A stretch of 64,000 bases of DNA from Minisyncoccota bacterium. Its GTDB lineage: Bacteria > Patescibacteriota > Minisyncoccia > Minisyncoccales > JAGOPM01. The stretch lies in contig JBAZJI010000001.1 in assembly GCA_041651395.1 (NCBI GenBank), forward strand, positions 571,920 through 635,919, given 5' to 3'. Both the position numbers and the translations under genes were made by a program. Below, piece after piece: positions 10,321 through 18,877 of this stretch; within the stretch, counting starts at the first letter, position 1, and each line of letters opens with the position of its first letter. The notes below the pieces were generated by a model. The model was not told the DNA's origin. It worked only from the letters and a program-made list of their open reading frames with translations, and did not search any database.

Positions 10321-10992
10321 ATGCCAGAACAAGGAAATAAAATATTCAAAGATCCGGTTAGCGGCTTCACCCACTTAGGTGGCGCTTTTTTAGCGATTGC
10401 CGGCATGACAATTTTAATAATTTTTTCCGCCATGCAGGGAAAAGTTTGGCACGTGGTCTCTTTCTCTATTTTTGGCGCGGGCATGGTCTTGCTTTACGGT
10501 GCCAGTGCCCTTTACCACCTCCCCAACTACAGCGAACGAGCCAATTCTATCATGCGCAATTTGGACCACGCCATGATCTACATTTTAATTGCCGGATCGT
10601 ATACTCCCATGTGCTTAGTGGCTTTGCGCGGCTGGATAGGCTGGACGCTTTTTGGCATTGTTTGGGCCATGGCTGCCACCGGGATTCCCGTGCAGTTTAT
10701 TCCGCAATTTTTGAAAAAAATTCCTCGATGGATATACACCAGTATATATGTATTGATGGGCTTGCTCTCGGTTTTGGTTATCGGCCCGCTGGTGCAAAAA
10801 ACCGGCTGGCCTTTTATTTTCTGGATTATTGGCGGCGGGCTTTCTTATATTCTTGGCGCGATAATTTACGCCCTCAAAAAACCCAATTTTGGCAAGTGGT
10901 TCGGCTTTCACGAGCTTTTCCATATATTTATCCTTTTGGGCACGATCTTGCACTACTTTGGCATGCTCTTTTATATTCTGCCCCTGCCCTAA
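10321..10992 (+). CDS. Hemolysin III / PAQR family membrane protein
   Basis: Seven hydrophobic segments. Shows SALYHL, DHAMIYILIAGSYTP and FHELFHIFILLG motifs. It is apparently leaderless (TAGACA-17-TATAAT-6 nt-ATG). Confidence 0.85.
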   Translation: MPEQGNKIFKDPVSGFTHLGGAFLAIAGMTILIIFSAMQGKVWHVVSFSIFGAGMVLLYGASALYHLPNYSERANSIMRNLDHAMIYILIAGSYTPMCLVALRGWIGWTLFGIVWAMAATGIPVQFIPQFLKKIPRWIYTSIYVLMGLLSVLVIGPLVQKTGWPFIFWIIGGGLSYILGAIIYALKKPNFGKWFGFHELFHIFILLGTILHYFGMLFYILPLP

Positions 10993-11055
10993 GCGCGATA
11001 CTTTTAATCCCATTAAATATTAGATTGGCCAAAATGAAAATTGATTTATAAAAAG

Positions 11056-11078
11056 AGAAGGTTTACCCTTCTTTTTTT
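11056..11078 (+). terminator. Rho-independent terminator
   Basis: agaagg-tttac-ccttct followed by tttttt. Confidence 0.7.
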
Positions 11079-11117
11079 ATCCTAAAAGAATAATGCCACA
11101 AATAATATTTTCTTTTA

Positions 11118-11146
11118 TTGACTTTAATTTAATAACATGTTATAAT
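11118..11146 (+). promoter_or_regulatory. Sigma70-type promoter
   Basis: TTGACT (11118-11123), 17-nt spacer, TATAAT (11141-11146). Confidence 0.65.
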
Positions 11147-11201
11147 TGAATAGTGAACATGAATAATTAAATAAAAGCCGAACAGATTAGGAGGAAAAAC
11201 A

Positions 11202-11759
11202 GTGGACGATAATGAAAACTGCCAGGTGAAGCGTTACGATTGCTTCGACGATATAGAAAGAAAATTGCGAAACGATCTAATCAACCTTTGCTTGCAAACT
11301 TGGAACGACGAAATCTTTAACCATGGCTTCACCGCTAAGAGCCTTGTGGCCGAATTACAGATCAAACAAAAACACTATTTTTATATTGCACCAGACGATC
11401 AAGGAGATATCGCGGGATATTCGGTTATCATTCCCTTTGCCAGAGAAATAGAGGAAAAAAGATACGGAATAATCCCCCTCCCCTTGCCTGCCAATGTTGG
11501 CGCCCATGAAATCGCTTATTTAGCAGCCATCGCGGTCTGGCCCAAGTGCAAAGGGAAAAAGTATGGATACGCAATTTGTGAAAAAATTTTCCAAGACTGC
11601 CGGGCCGAAGGATTCAAAAAAGTTACGCTCTACACACTTGGCGACAACTACCAAGGCTTAAAATTCTTTGAAAAAATCGGGTTTAAGGAATTTTTTAGAA
11701 CCAAGCGCAACATCGCTGGAAGCGAAAAAGAACTAGTTTATTTCTACTACGATCTGTAA
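11202..11759 (+). CDS. GNAT family N-acetyltransferase
   Basis: SD aggagg lies 7 nt before GTG. The acetyl-CoA block is AIAVWPKCKGKKYGYAI...FFEKIGFKE. Confidence 0.75.
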   Translation: MDDNENCQVKRYDCFDDIERKLRNDLINLCLQTWNDEIFNHGFTAKSLVAELQIKQKHYFYIAPDDQGDIAGYSVIIPFAREIEEKRYGIIPLPLPANVGAHEIAYLAAIAVWPKCKGKKYGYAICEKIFQDCRAEGFKKVTLYTLGDNYQGLKFFEKIGFKEFFRTKRNIAGSEKELVYFYYDL

Positions 11760-11775
11760 ATAATTCAAAAAAAAT

Positions 11776-11807
11776 AGGATGGCCAAAGCCATCCTCTTTT
11801 TGTTTTT
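11776..11807. terminator. Bidirectional terminator hairpin
   Basis: aggatggc-caaa-gccatcct followed by ctttttgttttt. Confidence 0.8.
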
Positions 11808-11810
11808 AGA

Positions 11811-12599
11811 TTATTCAAAGTATAATTTTTTTGCTAAGCCCCCCATAACTGAGTCACTTACTTCCCGCGGGAAAACCTCTTGAGCAGTTTTAACATACAA
11901 ATCATATTGCGAAAGGAGTGTTCCCTCACCGCAATAATCAGTGCCAAACATTGTTTTGTGGTAAACATTGGGATAATACGCAAAAGTCCGCCGCAAATCT
12001 TCAATATATTGTTTAGTAAGCGACTCCATTTCTTTTCGACTCCCCAAATTGGCAATAGTTCCGGAAATGTCGGTATAAACATTCTCGTTCTTTCCGACAA
12101 TGGCGGCAGTTTTAACAAAATCCGGAAAACCGAAATGCGATATGACAATTTTACAGTGTCGGTGCTCGACGGCTAATTTATCGACAAAAATTGATTGGGA
12201 ATATTCCAAAACCGCGTCACCGCGCAGATCATAAAAATCCCCGCTATGAAAAACCAAAGGTCGGTTAAATTTTTCGCAAAGCGTGGCGAATTGGCCTACC
12301 CGGCTGTCGCTGGGATAAATATGCTGATAGCCCGGATAAATTTTTACAGCAAAAATCTTGCCGGCGGCAAAAAGTTCTTCGCAGCGGGCCAACTGCGACT
12401 CCAGAGGCTTTTCAAAATTAGTAATAAATATCGGGGCCAGATCTTTATGGGTCTGGGCCAGGGCCAAGAGGCTAGGCATTTCCTCTTCTTGGAAAGGCAA
12501 AGGCATGGCTAAAATGCGCTCGGCTTTATTTTTTGCCTTGCTCTGATATTCTTGATAAATCTTTTCGTTAACGATATGGGTATGATTATCGATAATCAT
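11811..12599 (-). CDS. Amidohydrolase-family metal-dependent hydrolase (TIM barrel)
   Basis: MIIDNHTHIV (HxH) at the N-terminus and later His/Asp ligands (VFHSGD, ISHFGFPD, GTDY). SD aaggag lies before ATG 12599 (the ORF track extends to 12662). Confidence 0.7.
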   Translation of the reverse strand: MIIDNHTHIVNEKIYQEYQSKAKNKAERILAMPLPFQEEEMPSLLALAQTHKDLAPIFITNFEKPLESQLARCEELFAAGKIFAVKIYPGYQHIYPSDSRVGQFATLCEKFNRPLVFHSGDFYDLRGDAVLEYSQSIFVDKLAVEHRHCKIVISHFGFPDFVKTAAIVGKNENVYTDISGTIANLGSRKEMESLTKQYIEDLRRTFAYYPNVYHKTMFGTDYCGEGTLLSQYDLYVKTAQEVFPREVSDSVMGGLAKKLYFE

Positions 12600-12622
12600 A
12601 AAAATATTTTTCTCCTTTTTTA

Positions 12623-13348
12623 ATGATAAGAAATTATGCCGCCTTACGCAATGCATTGACAACTTTAATCAAAAACCTCTTGACTTTTTATCAATTTTAT
12701 GATAAAGTATATCAAGTACTTAAATATCTCAATACTTGTTTACAGATTGAATTGGAGGATATCATAAAACCTTATGAATTGCGCCGTATCCGTTGGGAAT
12801 ACGGAGAGACGCCTGTCGAAAAGCAGCTTATTGAGCTCTGCAGTAGGACTTTTCCTGAAGAACCGTGGAATCTCTATGAATATTCTGATTCAAAAATAGT
12901 AAACACTATCCTAAGCAATGATCTTTCCAAAGAGGGGTCGGCTTGCTTTGGCTTTTTTAACGCCAGAAGCAGACTGATTGCCGCTTGCTGGACTTTTCCG
13001 GCAACGCCGCACATCCTCAAGGAAGAATTGCGCAAGGAACAAGGAATCAGAAAACTCCCCATGGGAATTGCCGCCAAAATGTACGGACGAGAAATTTGCT
13101 ATCTAGCCGGCATTTTAACCGACAGGGATCACCGCGGAAATGGTTTAGGGGCGAAACTTCTGCATACCTGCTTGATTCATTGTCAAGCAGTGGGAAGCGA
13201 TATGTTTCTCCTCTACACCTACGCAACCTCGGTTATGCCAAGACAATTCATGGAAAAAAACGGTTTTGAGCTTCTGGAATCAGCGATTCCCGAACGCCGC
13301 GAATTGGAGTTCTACTGCGTTAACTTTAAGAATAAGGGTCGCCGCTAA
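12623..13348 (+). CDS. GNAT family N-acetyltransferase (start uncertain)
   Basis: RDHRGNGLGAKLL...FMEKNGFELL is the acetyl-CoA block. The coordinates give the maximal ORF. A predicted promoter at 12680-12708 implies a later, non-ATG start (see findings). Confidence 0.6.
   Translation: MIRNYAALRNALTTLIKNLLTFYQFYDKVYQVLKYLNTCLQIELEDIIKPYELRRIRWEYGETPVEKQLIELCSRTFPEEPWNLYEYSDSKIVNTILSNDLSKEGSACFGFFNARSRLIAACWTFPATPHILKEELRKEQGIRKLPMGIAAKMYGREICYLAGILTDRDHRGNGLGAKLLHTCLIHCQAVGSDMFLLYTYATSVMPRQFMEKNGFELLESAIPERRELEFYCVNFKNKGRR
12680..12708 (+). promoter_or_regulatory. Extended -10 promoter
   Basis: TTGACT (12680-12685), 17-nt spacer, TGaTAAAGT. Confidence 0.4.
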
Positions 13349-13409
13349 AGCGCCCTTTTTAATTTATAAAAGCCCAAAAATACCTTGATTTTATTAAGAA
13401 CTTCGTCTA

Positions 13410-13438
13410 TTTACTTTTATAAAAAACTATGTTATAAT
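13410..13438 (+). promoter_or_regulatory. Sigma70-type promoter of the 13570 gene
   Basis: TTTACT (13410-13415), 17-nt spacer, TGtTATAAT (13433-13438). Confidence 0.55.
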
Positions 13439-13482
13439 ATTAACATTAGTTGAAAGTAAGAGTCCTTTGAAAACCTCAGTTG

Positions 13483-13527
13483 TTTGCGCCACTAAGGCTA
13501 GGAGCTTCCCTGCTTTAATGGCGCAAA
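13483..13527 (+). promoter_or_regulatory. Structured 5' leader element (9-bp stem)
   Basis: tttgcgcca (13483-13491) pairs perfectly with tggcgcaaa (13519-13527) around a 27-nt insert, inside a leader of about 125 nt. Confidence 0.45.
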
Positions 13528-13569
13528 TAACAAAATATTTGCGACTAAAATCCCATTCAGGAGGACAAA

Positions 13570-14457
13570 ATGAGAACATTTGGAGAATCAGCAGGTTTGG
13601 ACCTGCTTGCAGATTGCGAGTGTGTTGATTTGACGGATCTTAATTCCCTGCAAATAAAATTTTTCAGGGGAGATCTCAATGCCATCGCACCCAGCAAGGA
13701 TCAGAACGGCAGAAAGAAGTTTGAAGACACGGTTAACACCACCAAGACAGCACTTTGTGCCAAGCTGGAGGCTCATGGCTTCAAAAACATGAGTGTTGAG
13801 AAAATCATCACTGAGCAGGAAAGATACAACAAGCTTTCCAACCAGTACGGCAATCGCGGTATCAGGCCAGGAAAAATCGACACGGGCGAAGAGTACACTC
13901 GCAAGGGCGGAGAACCCTTTACCGTGGTCAGTCCAAAGTTTGCCAAGGCACTGGCCAATGGAGATAGAAATGTCTTGCGCATCACCTCGATGTATTTTTA
14001 TATCAAGCTTGATGACGCCGGCAAGTCCAAGCTCAGAAACGAAATGAACAGCTTCTCCAAGGAGATGAAAGAGTATTGCACGACCAATAACATCGAAATT
14101 ACCGAAAACCACAACTGGACCAAGACTTACGTTGAAGCCAAGAAAATGTCACCGGGAGACTTCATTGAAAACTACGGCGGCACAGTGGTCATTTGCTTCG
14201 ACTACACTCACAAGCACAATCGCCCCCTTGATGGAAACGGTAATGAACTAATTCCGGTTAAGCTCGACGATTGGGCTACGGAAATCAAAAACAGGCTCTT
14301 CTCTACCCCGGCAATCCTGTTTGGATATAATAACCCAAACAAGACCGCCACTGCCAACTTCAACAACTATAACTTCAAGCTCGGCCCCCAGGATATTGCC
14401 AAAAACGAATTGGTTACAGATAATGGCAAGCTCAGAATCCAAGGAGCCATCAACTAG
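13570..14457 (+). CDS. Hypothetical protein (295 aa), no family recognised, atypical codon usage
   Basis: SD aggagg lies 6 nt before ATG. It is a soluble protein with no signal peptide. AAG/AAC/GAC/CTC-type codons are enriched relative to neighbouring genes. Confidence 0.7.
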   Translation: MRTFGESAGLDLLADCECVDLTDLNSLQIKFFRGDLNAIAPSKDQNGRKKFEDTVNTTKTALCAKLEAHGFKNMSVEKIITEQERYNKLSNQYGNRGIRPGKIDTGEEYTRKGGEPFTVVSPKFAKALANGDRNVLRITSMYFYIKLDDAGKSKLRNEMNSFSKEMKEYCTTNNIEITENHNWTKTYVEAKKMSPGDFIENYGGTVVICFDYTHKHNRPLDGNGNELIPVKLDDWATEIKNRLFSTPAILFGYNNPNKTATANFNNYNFKLGPQDIAKNELVTDNGKLRIQGAIN

Positions 14458-14487
14458 CCAAGAGAGTAAAAGTCGCAAATCAAACAA

Positions 14488-14513
14488 AGCCCCTTCGCAT
14501 CAGCGTAGGGGCT
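14488..14513. terminator. Terminator hairpin between convergent genes
   Basis: agcccct-(12 nt)-aggggct. The T-tracts are weak on both sides. Confidence 0.5.
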
Positions 14514-14538
14514 TCACTATTTTAATAAACAATTTTAT

Positions 14539-15972
14539 TTATTCTTTAGCCATTTCTTCTATTATATTCTGGCTCTTGGGCTTGATGATTTCGGAAAAAT
14601 ACTGCGCGGTCTTTAGGGTTGTGCCCTCGCCCAAAATGGCTTTGCTATCTACTGGCACATCCACAATTTTTTCCGGCGGCAAGCCCGAAATCATATTAAA
14701 CAGATGTGATAAAAAGGTTGTGGCATATTCGCCCTTACCCAAAGTAAAGCTGATAATAATACCGTTATCCATTATCTCGCAGCGCTTGATATCGGCGCTT
14801 TCGATGGTTTTTACATCCCGATGCCTCATTTGGATTTTTGGAAAAGGTTTAAGATTGGCAAAAGGCGGCGGGAAAAGGCCATTAGCCTGCAAAAGTTTTT
14901 CATAAATGCCCCAATCCTTGCGATCAAAACTCAAGAAAAGTGGCAACAAGGCCGGCGGCCTTTTTTTCTGCTGGATTAAAGCCGCTAATTTATAATTAAA
15001 CAGCCAAGAGGAGAAAGCATAAACCCACATTTCGACCTGCTCGATAATCGCGCCAAGCGCCCCCGCATAATCATTAGGATTCTTGATCAAGTATTCAACA
15101 ATCTTTATTTCATTGCCAAAAATTATTGGCAGTTTTTTATATTCTTCCAAAATCCTGGTAAAATCGGGAAACATCTTTCCTAAGCGCCGGCGCATTTCCC
15201 CGATATAGGGCATTTCCCCGTCAGTGGACTGGAACAAAAACATTTTGACCACCGCCTCATATTGCCCGCGCATTATAGTGTAGCCTAATTGGTGGCTTTG
15301 CAGCCGCGGCGTGCCAAATCTCTGCAAATAAAAATAATTATAAAACCCGTGATCGAAAATATGCTGCACATTCTCCAAAAAGGACTTATCTTCCTGCGCT
15401 TCCAAAAGACTCTGCTCGGTGCGCATAAAAACCGTAAACTTATTGCCCAAAAGCCCGCCCTTTTCCACCGCCCCCTTACCCTGTTCGATATCTTTAAGAA
15501 AATAATATTTAGAATTTATTTGCTCAATATCGGCCAAGGGCACATGGCGGAAAGAAATACGCTGAGCAGTTAGGGCATCTTTATCTTTGATGCCCGCGTA
15601 AGCCACTTGCTTAACATCACATTTAAGCTGCTTGGCAATATCCTCGATAGCTTCCAAAGTCCCCATGCCGCACTTCACTAAAGTGGCATAAAAAGTATCG
15701 CCCTCGCCCGTAACTTTAGGCTCTTGTTTTTCTTCCGGCAAATCAATGGTATACACCTGGCCGGTTTGGCTTACTTCTTCTACGATAAAATCCTGAGGGA
15801 AAAATTTCAAAAACCCATTAGGCAGCTTTTCCTTATTGGGAATATGAATGCCAAATTTTTTGAGATATTGAGGATTTTCATAAAAAGTCTTACGGGTAAA
15901 AAGCTGGGGATTAATTTTATATTCCCCGACAAAAAATTCCAACTCCTTCTGTTTTAATCTGAACCTATCCAT
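14539..15972 (-). CDS. truD: tRNA pseudouridine synthase, TruD/Pus7 family
   Basis: FFPQDFIVEEV N-terminal block and the catalytic GIKDKDALTAQRISF (GxKD...TxQ) motif. Confidence 0.8.
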   Translation of the reverse strand: MDRFRLKQKELEFFVGEYKINPQLFTRKTFYENPQYLKKFGIHIPNKEKLPNGFLKFFPQDFIVEEVSQTGQVYTIDLPEEKQEPKVTGEGDTFYATLVKCGMGTLEAIEDIAKQLKCDVKQVAYAGIKDKDALTAQRISFRHVPLADIEQINSKYYFLKDIEQGKGAVEKGGLLGNKFTVFMRTEQSLLEAQEDKSFLENVQHIFDHGFYNYFYLQRFGTPRLQSHQLGYTIMRGQYEAVVKMFLFQSTDGEMPYIGEMRRRLGKMFPDFTRILEEYKKLPIIFGNEIKIVEYLIKNPNDYAGALGAIIEQVEMWVYAFSSWLFNYKLAALIQQKKRPPALLPLFLSFDRKDWGIYEKLLQANGLFPPPFANLKPFPKIQMRHRDVKTIESADIKRCEIMDNGIIISFTLGKGEYATTFLSHLFNMISGLPPEKIVDVPVDSKAILGEGTTLKTAQYFSEIIKPKSQNIIEEMAKE

Positions 15973-16122
15973 ACCAATATTATAACAGAAAACTGCTAAA
16001 AATATCTATTATCTAAATCCAAATGTCTAATCAAATAGAAACAATAACTAAAAAGTTTTATTTTAGCCAGCTTAGATATTAAGATTTAATTAGTTATTCG
16101 AGCTTAGCTATCAGCTATTAAA

Positions 16123-16140
16123 AGCCCGCTCAAGCGGGCT
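16123..16140 (-). terminator. Terminator hairpin after nagZ
   Basis: agcccgc-tcaa-gcgggct. The T-run is short. Confidence 0.55.
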
Positions 16141-16149
16141 TTTAATAGA

Positions 16150-17388
16150 TTATTTTATTAGGTTTATTGCCTTTTTGAGCCTAATTATGCGCACATACGA
16201 TTCTTCAATTCTTTCGCGCGGAATTTCGCCCTCTACCACTGCGTCGTAAATGGCATTATAAGCCCGACTGGCTATAACCGGATCATATTTTTTCAAATTA
16301 TTACCGATAAGAATAATGTCGCAACCCGCATTTATTGATTCTATGATGGCGCGCTTTAGCCCAAATTCGTCAAGAATCCCCATTTGCATATCATCGGTTA
16401 TAACTACACCCTCAAAGCCCAACATTTTGCGCAAAATTTCATTGACGAATTTGCCCGACATCGAGGCGGGATATTTGCTATCAATCCGCCGGTTATAAAT
16501 ATGGCTCACCATCACGGCGCGTACAGTCCCGTCTTTAATAAGAGATTCGAATGGCTCAATTTCCCGGCTTTGGTATTGCCCGGTTATATCCGCTTTAGCT
16601 ACATGGTTATCTACCGTAGCATTGCCCTGCCCGGGGAAATGCTTCAAAGCCGTTACCACGCCCTTTTTATTATGCTCAACTATAAAAACTCGGGCAAAAT
16701 CAGAAACAACTTTGGGGTCGGAAGAAAATGACCGGCCCAACTTGCCGATTATAGGATTAGCCGGACTATCCAAATCCAGAACAGGCGCCAAATTAAAATT
16801 AATCCCCGCCTCATCAAGCTCTTCAGCCAAACCAGAATAAACTTGTCCGGCATAAGCCAAATCATTCTTACTGGCCACTTCTTTGGCTGAAGGAATTTCC
16901 TTAAAACCGTATTTACTGGAGAGGCGATTAACCGGCCCGCCTTCGCCATCAACGGATATTAAAAGTGGAGTTGCAGCATAACTTTGTAATTGATTGGTTA
17001 AAGCCAACAACTGTTTAGGGCTTTCGATGTTGCGAGGCGCCGCGCTATTGGTTAAATCTTTGTCGAACAAAATAACTCCTCCGATCCCCAATTCCCGTAC
17101 TGCCACGGCGATATCGGATTCTGCCGGGGCCTGCGTTCCGCGAAAGCCCACCATTAACATCTGGCCGATCATATTTTCAATCTTAACATTACGCAGAATT
17201 TCCTCTCCCTCCTGCTTGGCCTCGGGGGAATTGGAAACCGAAGCCGACAGCGAATTTTTGTCTCCTTTTGAAAAAAAGCGCGAGAAATTGCCCGTGCCAC
17301 TGGCCGAAAAATAAATTGCCACTACTGCCAAAATTAAAGCAGTAAAGAGCAAAACTTTTTTTGTAGAAATTTGCGCTCCCATCACCAC
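16150..17388 (-). CDS. nagZ: Beta-N-acetylhexosaminidase, GH3 (NagZ-like), membrane-anchored
   Basis: An N-terminal TM segment, then GH3 motifs KHFPGQGNATVDNH and GVVITDDMQM. Confidence 0.85.
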   Translation of the reverse strand: MVMGAQISTKKVLLFTALILAVVAIYFSASGTGNFSRFFSKGDKNSLSASVSNSPEAKQEGEEILRNVKIENMIGQMLMVGFRGTQAPAESDIAVAVRELGIGGVILFDKDLTNSAAPRNIESPKQLLALTNQLQSYAATPLLISVDGEGGPVNRLSSKYGFKEIPSAKEVASKNDLAYAGQVYSGLAEELDEAGINFNLAPVLDLDSPANPIIGKLGRSFSSDPKVVSDFARVFIVEHNKKGVVTALKHFPGQGNATVDNHVAKADITGQYQSREIEPFESLIKDGTVRAVMVSHIYNRRIDSKYPASMSGKFVNEILRKMLGFEGVVITDDMQMGILDEFGLKRAIIESINAGCDIILIGNNLKKYDPVIASRAYNAIYDAVVEGEIPRERIEESYVRIIRLKKAINLIK

Positions 17389-17456
17389 AATGATAAAAGT
17401 TAAAAATGATTAAAGCAAACTGTGGATAATTAGCCCATAAAAACAAATTTTAGGCA

Positions 17457-17479
17457 AGAAAAAACCCCTTTAATAGGGG
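17457..17479 (-). terminator. Rho-independent terminator ending the 5-gene operon
   Basis: Minus strand reads cccct-attaa-agggg followed by ttttttc, immediately after the stop at 17480. Confidence 0.65.
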
Positions 17480-18877
17480 TTATAAATAATTGCCGATTTG
17501 CACCTTTTCTGAGTTTTTTTCACCCATGGAAAGGATGCCAATCGGAGCACCGAGTTCATTTTCGAGATAGCGGTGCAAGTCCTCACTGTTGGAAAATTTT
17601 TCCCAGGTTTTTGGCTTAACCTTAAAAAGAATTTCCGCGGCTTGGCTGCGGGCTAGCTCACTTAAGGAATTCTCGCTGCGTATCCCGGTAATTTCTATCT
17701 CGCCGCAGGACATTTCGCGCCAATGGAAAGCTTGGAGCTTTTCTTTATCACCTTTTTGCGGGGAAAAAGAATACGATGTGCAGACAAATATCTCTGTTAG
17801 GGGCGCTATCTGATCAATGCAGGTCAGAGCTAAAACATCTGGCAGTCCGCCGGCTTTAATGGAATATTTGAGCAAAACCATGTCCAGCCAGCCAAAACGC
17901 ATTTTGCCTTGCCAAGGGTTGGGCCCATTAAAATCATCATGAAATGATTGGGGAATCTTTTCCATAGCCGTAGGCAATGGACCCTCACCATGACGCACCG
18001 CGTAGCTGCGAATAATGCCAATAGCTTTACTCTGATAAGTCGGCAAATATCCAGAAATTAGCTCGCGGGCCGCACTAATCGCCACCTCGGAATTAGTTAC
18101 ATAGGGCAAGAACCCGATGCGCCTATCCAAGAGTGTGCCTTGAGTGCTTTCCAAAACCGCCACCCGGCCCGAATCTTTCAATTCGCTGAAATATTGCCCG
18201 TCATCTTTGATGATTGTGGTATATTCTTGGCAATAAGGCAGCCAATTATCCAAAACAGTATCAAGGATGTAAGGACTGGTGGCCTTTTGCCAAATTTCTT
18301 CGGCTTGCGCTCCAGCCTCTTTAGCCAGAGACTGGGCCTCTAAGAGTAAACGCTCTTGGCAAAGGCGCAATTTCTTGGCCAAAATATCCTGATCGAGCAA
18401 GTCACGGGCCCGAGGGGCATCGCTATAATCCTTGGCATAGTCCACAGCTGTACCCACTCCCCGGCCACAAGTCCCATGGCCCCGGCCTTCGGTTTGGCAC
18501 CAATAAATTTCTTGGATACGGCGCAAGGCCGTATGCCAAGGCGTCATAATGACACACTCCTCATCAATAGTCAGGCGGCCCATGGCATCATTAATGCCTT
18601 TAGTCGCCAAAACTTCAGCTTCCCGAATAAAATCTCCGGGCTCAATAACCATTCTCCGGGAAATGTGCGTCCGCACCCCGGGATTAAGCATACCCGAACC
18701 AAACTGGGCAAAAGTGTGGTGTAAACCTTGAGCATGACAAATATTGTGCGCAGCCTGTGGCCCGCCGCAATAACGGATAACATCGACTTGGGGCGCATAT
18801 TGGCCGCAAAGCCAATCAATAATACTCCCCTTACCTTCATCTCCTAAGAATAATCCCGCCGCAATATAAGCTTTCAT
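17480..18877 (-). CDS. Divergent adenylosuccinate-synthetase-like (PurA-family) ligase
   Basis: LGDEGKGSIIDW P-loop, GGPQAAHN, STQGTLLD...YVTNSE, RHGEGPLPT and FGWLD all align with PurA blocks. The Asp-binding TTGRxRR block and the (N/T)KxD block are altered. ATG 18877 overlaps the upstream stop (TAATG). Confidence 0.75.
   Translation of the reverse strand: MKAYIAAGLFLGDEGKGSIIDWLCGQYAPQVDVIRYCGGPQAAHNICHAQGLHHTFAQFGSGMLNPGVRTHISRRMVIEPGDFIREAEVLATKGINDAMGRLTIDEECVIMTPWHTALRRIQEIYWCQTEGRGHGTCGRGVGTAVDYAKDYSDAPRARDLLDQDILAKKLRLCQERLLLEAQSLAKEAGAQAEEIWQKATSPYILDTVLDNWLPYCQEYTTIIKDDGQYFSELKDSGRVAVLESTQGTLLDRRIGFLPYVTNSEVAISAARELISGYLPTYQSKAIGIIRSYAVRHGEGPLPTAMEKIPQSFHDDFNGPNPWQGKMRFGWLDMVLLKYSIKAGGLPDVLALTCIDQIAPLTEIFVCTSYSFSPQKGDKEKLQAFHWREMSCGEIEITGIRSENSLSELARSQAAEILFKVKPKTWEKFSNSEDLHRYLENELGAPIGILSMGEKNSEKVQIGNYL

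Noticed and set aside
10446-11051. 201-aa plus-strand ORF in an alternative frame over the hemolysin-III gene
   Set aside because: The frame at 10321 gives a clean 7-TM PAQR protein with family motifs. The alternative frame is R/H/C-rich nonsense.
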